Positions 57,683 to 64,000 of a DNA stretch of 64,000 nucleotides are shown one piece after another. The stretch lies in the IMG/VR virus record IMGVR_UViG_3300020037_009485, one strand, 5' to 3'. Each line of letters begins with the position of its first letter. Within the stretch, counting starts at the first letter, position 1. The notes under the pieces were generated by a model. It was not told the origin of the DNA and searched no databases. It was given only the letters and a program-made list of their open reading frames with translations. Source of the stretch: an uncultured virus (IMG/VR IMGVR_UViG_3300020037_009485) (lineage: Duplodnaviria; Heunggongvirae; Uroviricota; Caudoviricetes). A program made the position numbers and the translations under genes.

Positions 57683-58345
57683 TTAGATTATTTCATCAAT
57701 CAATCCTAATTCTAATGCTCTTTCTACACCTAGGTAAGTTTCTTTTGTACTTAACTTTTCCCACATTTTTACTCTAGCTTCGAAATCTTCTTTAGAAGGG
57801 TCTTTTCCTTCTGCTCTATCATTTCTAAATGAAAATTGAGCATATAACTCATAACATTCATCTTGCATACGATTTAACTCTGTTTGAAAAGCTTTAGTTT
57901 GTGTATGTGTACCACCCATTCCTTCGATTTGAATTTCATGTACCATTAATCTACATCTTTTATTTGCTTTTCTATGACCTGTTGCTCCACCTAAAATAAA
58001 AGTTGCAGCTGACATACAATTTCCTTCTACTTGAACATTTACTTTTACTTTGTCGTATTTCTCTAACTCTTCATAAAAATCTAGAACAGATGCAATCGCT
58101 GAAGCATCACCGCCACATGAATTCATAACAATGTTAATTTCATGCAAAGGTTCTTTTTCTTCTTTGTAAAAATCTTTAATCATATGATACTTAAAACGTA
58201 AAGCTGTTGCTAAGTTCGCATCAATTTCCCCTGCAATATATATTGTTGCTGTAGGTAGATGTACTCCGTAATTGTTTAAAACATCAATTCTTTCGACTAA
58301 ATTCATTTCTTTACGGTTTTTAATTATTTTTAATTGATTTTTCAT
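57683..58345 (-). CDS. clpP: ClpP-like protease
   Basis: MNSCGGD, CMSAAT (Ser), MVHE (His), ETYL...ALELGLIDEI; true start may be 58306. Confidence 0.88.
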   Translation of the reverse strand: MKNQLKIIKNRKEMNLVERIDVLNNYGVHLPTATIYIAGEIDANLATALRFKYHMIKDFYKEEKEPLHEINIVMNSCGGDASAIASVLDFYEELEKYDKVKVNVQVEGNCMSAATFILGGATGHRKANKRCRLMVHEIQIEGMGGTHTQTKAFQTELNRMQDECYELYAQFSFRNDRAEGKDPSKEDFEARVKMWEKLSTKETYLGVERALELGLIDEII

Positions 58346-58628
58346 AAGATACTAATTCTTCTATAAACTCTTTATACTTATGCTCTGGAAAACGGTTTAA
58401 ATAATCTTGTGCAGTCCAATTTAATTGGTGCAGATATGTTTTCCATTTTAAAGCTTGTGAAGATAAAGGTTTTAATTGTTTTTCTTTTACTTTTTTTGTT
58501 TTTTCTGGTGTTTCTACAACCTTCTCTTCAACTGTAGACTCTTCTGTTATCACCTCGTTAGAAATAATATCTTCTGTGCTTTTTAACTCATCTAAATTTT
58601 CAGAATTATTTTTCTTGTTCTTAGCCAT
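58320..58628 (-). CDS. hypothetical protein
   Basis: Between the AAA ATPase and clpP. Confidence 0.55.
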   Translation of the reverse strand: MAKNKKNNSENLDELKSTEDIISNEVITEESTVEEKVVETPEKTKKVKEKQLKPLSSQALKWKTYLHQLNWTAQDYLNRFPEHKYKEFIEELVSYEKSIKNN

Positions 58629-58649
58629 TATTGTAATAGATTTGTTTTA

Positions 58650-59834
58650 TTAAATATTAAAACCAATCTTCGTTTTCTGCTCCTGTTGAAAATCTAAATC
58701 TTTATGATTATAAATCTCTGCTAAAGTCATATCTTTTGTTATCGGTAAATCTAACCCTAAAGATTTTGCAACTAATTGTGCTTGTTCTTTTTTTAACTTG
58801 TTAAATTTATGCTCAACAATTAAACGACCTTTACGTTTTAATGCATCATCTACATCTTCGTAAGGACAATTGAAAGTACAAACTACTTGAACTCTTAAAC
58901 AATCTGCTAATAACCCATCAGTAGTATTTAATAAATTAGCAACAGCTTGATTTTGTCCACTTTTTCTTGAACGAATAATATTTTCTGCATCTTCTATTAC
59001 TAAAATAGAACCTGGGTTTTCTAATAAGAAAGCTAAAAAGTGCGGTGATGCAATCTCATGAGCTAAATCTGGTGGTATGTAAATTACGTTTTTCTTTTTA
59101 GATAACATTTTTACTAAATAACGAATATAATAAGTTTTACCGCAACCTGGTTCTCCATGTAATAAAACTAATCCTTTATTTGATTTGGAATCTTCTATTT
59201 TAGAAATTAAGTAATCATGTTTTTCCTTAAATTCTTGTCCATAATTTAAACTTAAATCTAATTGTGGTGGGTTAATGTTAAATGCTTGTAAATCTAAAGA
59301 TCCACCATAATTTACTACTAAGTTTAGTCTACAAATTTCTTCTGCTTTTTCTTCAAACTTTAGACTTAAGATTTTTTTTGTAATCTCTTCAACTTTAGAT
59401 TTTGTTTTCTGATTTAAGTTGTATAAAATGTTAATGTTATACCCTTTGTTCTTAACTTGTTTTTCACTTTCTACTTCTCCGGTTGCAGGAACTTCAACTA
59501 GAGGAACTTCAAACTGTCCTGTTCTGCTATTGAATTCAAATGCAACTTGCTCTTTATTGTTTTGTCTAACTTCAATAATAATTACTTCTTCTCCACGAGT
59601 ATCAACTAAATCTTTAGATTCTACATTGAATATTCGAGTACGAACATTTGAATTTAAAACAAACTCTGCTACAGAAGAACCTATAGAATTTAAGTAATCT
59701 AATAACTCTTGTTCATTTGCTGTAATTTCAACTCTTGAACAAGAAGGGTGTTTCTCTGTTCTTCTAACGAAAAGCATAACACCATCTATAGCATAACCAT
59801 CGTTTAAATGGTGATTGTACTGAATATTACTCAT
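58650..59834 (-). CDS. AAA+ ATPase
   Basis: GLVLLHGEPGCGKT, ILVIEDAE, LLNTTDGLL, ALKRKGRL. Confidence 0.9.
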   Translation of the reverse strand: MSNIQYNHHLNDGYAIDGVMLFVRRTEKHPSCSRVEITANEQELLDYLNSIGSSVAEFVLNSNVRTRIFNVESKDLVDTRGEEVIIIEVRQNNKEQVAFEFNSRTGQFEVPLVEVPATGEVESEKQVKNKGYNINILYNLNQKTKSKVEEITKKILSLKFEEKAEEICRLNLVVNYGGSLDLQAFNINPPQLDLSLNYGQEFKEKHDYLISKIEDSKSNKGLVLLHGEPGCGKTYYIRYLVKMLSKKKNVIYIPPDLAHEIASPHFLAFLLENPGSILVIEDAENIIRSRKSGQNQAVANLLNTTDGLLADCLRVQVVCTFNCPYEDVDDALKRKGRLIVEHKFNKLKKEQAQLVAKSLGLDLPITKDMTLAEIYNHKDLDFQQEQKTKIGFNI

Positions 59835-60042
59835 CTTCTTTTATAATTTCACGTTTAACTATTTTCTTTGACTTAATATTAGATTGTTGTATCAAATCTT
59901 CTAATTCATCAATTCTATCTAATTGATTATCTATCACACTTTCTAACCTTGCTATATATTTATTTAACTTTCCTAAAGCCCAAATACCAAAACTTGAAAC
60001 AAGAATGCTTAAAACTACTAATATAATTAAAAAAACTATCAT
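59827..60042 (-). CDS. small membrane-anchored coiled-coil protein
   Basis: N-terminal TM helix. Confidence 0.55.
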   Translation of the reverse strand: MIVFLIILVVLSILVSSFGIWALGKLNKYIARLESVIDNQLDRIDELEDLIQQSNIKSKKIVKREIIKEDE

Positions 60043-60551
60043 TATTTACTTTGATATTGACCTGTATATAAACCCGCTGACTCTCCAGAATGCATAATGA
60101 ATTGACCAATTCTTACTCCTTGTTCGATAAACACATCGTTGAAACAATAAACTGTTGCTCCTAAAGTTCCTTTAAAACCGCTATCAAACCAACTACTTCT
60201 TACTAAAATACCTTGTCTATTAAATGTTGATCTTCCTACTACTTGGCCTCCCATGTTTTTAGGGATTTTAATTTCAAAAGAAGAATTAAAAGAATACACT
60301 TCACCTTTTTTTAACAACCAACCGTTAATATCTTTTTCCCCAGGTTTTGTAATTTTAGTTGGTTTTAACAAAATAGGTTCTGGTTTAACTGAACTATCTT
60401 TAAAGATAACTGGAACAGTTTTATAACTTAAATGTGTTAACTCAAAACAATCAATATCAATACCGTTTTGTTGTATATGTTCACCTATAATAATATTATC
60501 AGGGAACGTAATTATTTCATTTTCTACAAGATACTTAGGACTTATTAACAT
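60042..60551 (-). CDS. dCTP deaminase/trimeric dUTPase family protein
   Basis: QQNGIDI, GRSTFNRQG, FDSGFKG, RIGQ, YTGQYQ. Confidence 0.85.
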   Translation of the reverse strand: MLISPKYLVENEIITFPDNIIIGEHIQQNGIDIDCFELTHLSYKTVPVIFKDSSVKPEPILLKPTKITKPGEKDINGWLLKKGEVYSFNSSFEIKIPKNMGGQVVGRSTFNRQGILVRSSWFDSGFKGTLGATVYCFNDVFIEQGVRIGQFIMHSGESAGLYTGQYQSK

Positions 60552-60601
60552 TCTTTACAAAGTTTTTATGAAAAATAGGAAAAGAATATAATAAAAACAA
60601 A

Positions 60602-60630
60602 AAGAACTTACATAGTGAATGTAAGTTCTT
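60602..60630 (-). terminator. intrinsic terminator
   Basis: AAGAACTTACAT-AGTGA-ATGTAAGTTCTT. Confidence 0.7.
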
Positions 60631-60650
60631 CTTTTTAAGCTGTATAATAT

Positions 60651-62759
60651 TTAACTAATTTTCCTACTACTTGTAGAACCGAATGGAGCTTCGTAAATCT
60701 CTAAAACAGATGCTTTATTATCGTATTCTAAATCTAACTTTCTAGCAAACGCTGCTGCTGCTTTTTTTATTGCATCATCATCTTTTGCATACATATATGC
60801 ATCAAAACTAACAATATAACGATTTGCAGTGTTTGTTTTAGAGTCTTCTGTTAATTCTTCAGCACCAGGTAGAATATAAGATAATTCATATTGTCCTTCT
60901 GGAAGTTCAGGTAATTTATCACTTGGAGCCATAACTTTAACAGCAATATCTCTTGCTTGAGTTTCTTCAAACCCTTTTACTATAATTACTCTGTTTTTAG
61001 ATTTAAAAGAATACACCTCTTCAGTTTCTTTAACCTCTTCTTCTTTCTCTTCTTCTTCTTCCTTTTCAATTAAACCATAAGATTCAACGATCTTTTTTGC
61101 TTTAACTTCCTTAGATTCAAATGCATCTAGTTTTAAACCTGACTTTTGAATCAATTCTTCTACTTTACCTCTCATATTTTTAATGAAAGAATCACTAAAA
61201 ATGTCTAAATTAACTTCATTTACATTTGTAATGTTGTTAGTATAAAACAAGTTTTCTAATTTAACTTGTAAATTAGGAGGGAATTTAATTTTATAACTAG
61301 ATAATAATTGAGCTAAAAATACTCTATCTGATTCGGATTGATTAAAATCTTGTTTGTCTTGCATTTCAATTTCTGCTCTATTATAATCGTAATCTTCTTT
61401 TTTTAATTTATTAAAAAAGTTATCAAATGTTTTTAACAAATCTGATTTAGTTGTATCATCTAATCTGATTGCATTTTTTAAACTTCCTACTGAAGATCCT
61501 TTTTCACCTAATATAACTTTTATAGAATTTAACCTTGGTGCACCTTCAACATGGTCATCAAGAATAACTATTCCATCTTTATCTCCAATATCATAAATAG
61601 TAATGTTAGTTTTAGATCGACTAAGTTTACTGTTTCTAACTTCTTTATGAATTTCTTTTAAATCTAAATTATGTTCGTTTGCATAGTCTTTTACCCAAGA
61701 AACAATACTTTGTAAATTCCACTCTTTATTATAATAAGTTTCATTTAAAGTATTCCAAGGTACTCTATACAAAATATTATTTAACTTTTCAATATTTTTT
61801 CTATCACCTGTTCTAAGTTGCTTATATCTACCTAACAAATCATCATCATTTGATTCTACTTTAGATCCATCTGATAAAGTGATAATTAGATTTCTACCTA
61901 TTGCTCCTTGAGCAAAACCTGAATCTTTCCCTAACTCCACACCTAAAATATGAAGCTTCTTATTACTTTCTTCTTGTAGACCTAAACTTTGCAATGTTAG
62001 ATTATAATTTTTAGCTAACTCATCAAATTTACTTATAATTTCCTTTTGAAAAACAGGGTTTCTTTTAGCTATTTGAGTAGAAATAAGTTCATCTTTACCT
62101 ACGTTAAGTTTATACTCTTGAGCTATTTTTTTAAAATCTGCTAAAATTTGTTCTGCATCAGGTCTATCATAAAAACTTTTAATAGCTTCTTCAGGGTAAT
62201 CGTTTTCATTTAAAGAAGTATAACCTAAATTTTGTTTCTTTTTGATTGGTGATGTTGTCATTCCGCCTTCTGGAACAGCTATTGCAGCTGTTGTCATATC
62301 TTCTTCAAGAGTATCACTAATAATCATAGGAATATCTGCAGACTTAATAAAACTATCAATATCAATTGCTAAATCTTTTAACTCTTGACTATTGAAAGAT
62401 TTTAAATCTACAGGTTTTAACCCTTCTATAGTGTTTGTATTCAACGACCAACCACTTAATAAAGCATTAAATTGTTTTTCGTTTTTTAAATAATCTGGAC
62501 GTTTACGATATTGAGTTAACGTATCACTAAGAATAGTATCTGTAGTCGGGTCTGTATCCCATTTGAAAAATTCAGTAACATATTCTAATACTTTAGAAAT
62601 TTCTTCTACAACAGGCTTTGTTGCTTCTGCTAAAGTCCCTGTCATACCTTGATCTGCAATATAAGTTGAATCTGCAGGTGAAGAAGGATATTTATAAGGT
62701 TCTTTTCGTGAACCAATATAATCTAAAAATTCGACTTCTTTTCTTAATTTCTTTTCCAT
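60651..62759 (-). CDS. large mosaic late protein with many L-x-E sites (putative processed head polyprotein)
   Basis: Short domains separated by LAE, LEE, LNE, LQE, LNE, FES, VES, LTE. Confidence 0.55.
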   Translation of the reverse strand: MEKKLRKEVEFLDYIGSRKEPYKYPSSPADSTYIADQGMTGTLAEATKPVVEEISKVLEYVTEFFKWDTDPTTDTILSDTLTQYRKRPDYLKNEKQFNALLSGWSLNTNTIEGLKPVDLKSFNSQELKDLAIDIDSFIKSADIPMIISDTLEEDMTTAAIAVPEGGMTTSPIKKKQNLGYTSLNENDYPEEAIKSFYDRPDAEQILADFKKIAQEYKLNVGKDELISTQIAKRNPVFQKEIISKFDELAKNYNLTLQSLGLQEESNKKLHILGVELGKDSGFAQGAIGRNLIITLSDGSKVESNDDDLLGRYKQLRTGDRKNIEKLNNILYRVPWNTLNETYYNKEWNLQSIVSWVKDYANEHNLDLKEIHKEVRNSKLSRSKTNITIYDIGDKDGIVILDDHVEGAPRLNSIKVILGEKGSSVGSLKNAIRLDDTTKSDLLKTFDNFFNKLKKEDYDYNRAEIEMQDKQDFNQSESDRVFLAQLLSSYKIKFPPNLQVKLENLFYTNNITNVNEVNLDIFSDSFIKNMRGKVEELIQKSGLKLDAFESKEVKAKKIVESYGLIEKEEEEEKEEEVKETEEVYSFKSKNRVIIVKGFEETQARDIAVKVMAPSDKLPELPEGQYELSYILPGAEELTEDSKTNTANRYIVSFDAYMYAKDDDAIKKAAAAFARKLDLEYDNKASVLEIYEAPFGSTSSRKIS

Positions 62760-62956
62760 TAATCATGTAAAAGTTTTTTAGAATTAGTATGAATTCCTTT
62801 AGATTCATTAAATGCACTTTCCATCAATTGTTGATTTGGAAAGAATTGCAATTCAGTAATAGATAAATCTTTACTATATTTTTCATATAAAGATTGGCTT
62901 AACACTGCGCGTTTTAAAACACCATGTTGTCTGTATGTTACATAATATGCTGACAT
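62759..62956 (-). CDS. small late protein
   Basis: Two CTATTTA boxes upstream; ends KKLLHD. Confidence 0.55.
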   Translation of the reverse strand: MSAYYVTYRQHGVLKRAVLSQSLYEKYSKDLSITELQFFPNQQLMESAFNESKGIHTNSKKLLHD

Positions 62957-62986
62957 TATAAATAGTTTTATAATAAATAGTGAAAG

Positions 62987-63568
62987 TTATAAAGAATTAA
63001 CTTCTATACATTTTTCTACCTTTTCTACCAAATCTTCTTTAGTAGAATCATTCATAATGATCCCGTCAATCATAGTTATATCCGGGTCTACATTACAACC
63101 GTAAGCGTAGCCTATTGCAAAATGTGTTAAAGGATCTGTATCAGTTGTTCTAGGGTTTCTGATATGGAAAAGTTTTATGTCAAAGTTAGGGTCTATTAAA
63201 GCTAAATTCTTTTTAAGATAAATCCAATCAATTTCTGAAAATCTACGACAATCTGTGATTACTAATTTTAAATTAGGTTTGAAGTTTTTATCTGAAGTTA
63301 AGTAAGGTTCAAAAGCTTTATCTAACCAGTAATACGGATCTATTGCTCTTTTAGCTTCAGCATGTTGAATGATCCCTGGTCTATGTTTTTCTTTCATCTC
63401 ACCAGATTCATGTAAATGTTCTAAAGGAACATTATTCAACTTAGCATACTCTTCTTTAACTAAATCAGCAAAAGAAACTCGTGTATAACCATGTTTAATA
63501 AACATAGAACCTACAGTATCTTTACCTACATTCGATTCCCCTAATAAAAATACTAATTGTGTTTTCAT
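62987..63568 (-). CDS. deoxynucleoside monophosphate kinase-like P-loop kinase
   Basis: GESNVGKDT, SFADLVK, VITDCR, IMND. Confidence 0.8.
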   Translation of the reverse strand: MKTQLVFLLGESNVGKDTVGSMFIKHGYTRVSFADLVKEEYAKLNNVPLEHLHESGEMKEKHRPGIIQHAEAKRAIDPYYWLDKAFEPYLTSDKNFKPNLKLVITDCRRFSEIDWIYLKKNLALIDPNFDIKLFHIRNPRTTDTDPLTHFAIGYAYGCNVDPDITMIDGIIMNDSTKEDLVEKVEKCIEVNSL

Positions 63569-63924
63569 TTTTTCTTAACTCTATAAATTATCAATTCTTG
63601 ACCTTCAATGTACACTTTTTTTGTCTTAAACTCTGGGGAAACACTAAACTGTTCAGGGTTAGTCATATGAGAATATAACTCTAAAAGAAAAATTAAACAA
63701 TTTCTATTAATCGTTTTACTTGATTGTGTAGTTCCCCAAATTAAATAAGTAAACAGATCATTCTTAGATATATATGGTTCAAAGTACTTAACTTTTCTAC
63801 CTCTCCAAAAGAAATATCGATTTATAAACTTAACGATTGCTGGGTTTAAATTTTTCTCCGGATTAAAGTCTTGGACTTTAAAAACTATAAAGTAATGATA
63901 TTTTCGAAATAAAAAATTTAACAT
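63565..63924 (-). CDS. hypothetical protein
   Basis: ORF track; overlaps the kinase start. Confidence 0.5.
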   Translation of the reverse strand: MLNFLFRKYHYFIVFKVQDFNPEKNLNPAIVKFINRYFFWRGRKVKYFEPYISKNDLFTYLIWGTTQSSKTINRNCLIFLLELYSHMTNPEQFSVSPEFKTKKVYIEGQELIIYRVKKK

Positions 63925-64000
63925 TAAATCTCTATAACAATTATATTTTCTTTTTTAATTTCAATTGGTGAACTTGTTGAAGATTTGTTTTTAAACCTTT

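Noticed and set aside
8953..59697. Numerous short antisense ORFs inside long genes (e.g. 8953, 9475, 27482, 34279, 35701, 40737, 42924-46147, 51794, 59419)
   Set aside because: They lie opposite well-supported genes and have Ser/Phe/Leu-biased sequences typical of the reverse frame in AT-rich DNA.
1..64000. Stop-codon reassignment (TAG to Gln, code 15), as seen in some Bacteroidota phages
   Set aside because: Long conserved genes are intact under code 11, and TAG ends genes tightly abutting the next ORF (e.g. 4728, 15938). The two suspicious TAGs (near 26557 and 42114) are better explained by local deletions or frameshifts.
1..64000. tRNA, rRNA or tmRNA genes
   Set aside because: Intergenic gaps are short and AT-rich, and no cloverleaf or T-loop pattern was recognised. 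A tRNAscan-SE/Infernal run would be needed to exclude them fully.

Overview
This is a 64-kb segment of a very AT-rich, T4-like (myovirus) large or jumbo bacteriophage genome in standard genetic code 11. The host is probably Bacteroidota, judged from A-rich leaders without Shine-Dalgarno sites, TAnnTTT-type promoters and a T9SS-cargo-like gene. The window holds a minus-strand virion module: terminase, portal, prohead protease, scaffold, major capsid, neck, tail terminator, sheath, tube and baseplate gp5/gp25/gp6. This is interleaved with auxiliary genes (PhoH, FolE, ClpP plus an AAA ATPase, SNF2 helicase plus macrodomain, glycosyltransferases, dCTP deaminase/dUTPase, dNMP kinase, PPP phosphatase, ATP-grasp enzyme) and plus-strand early islands. 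Two short peptide 'address labels' stand out. (1) A C-terminal amphipathic helix, I-x-x-I-N-x-E-L, ends about 17 proteins. These include a diverged paralogue array, a prohead-protease copy lacking its catalytic residues and a stand-alone terminase-like ATPase. (2) An (L/I)EKLTGKKVKL(K/V)E motif occurs 8 times in 6 unrelated late proteins and always ends in a T4-gp21-type cleavage site, which suggests a capsid-targeting and cleavage cassette for modular injected cargo. No tRNA, rRNA, CRISPR array, reverse transcriptase or intein was seen. All assignments come from motif recognition by eye; no searches were run.
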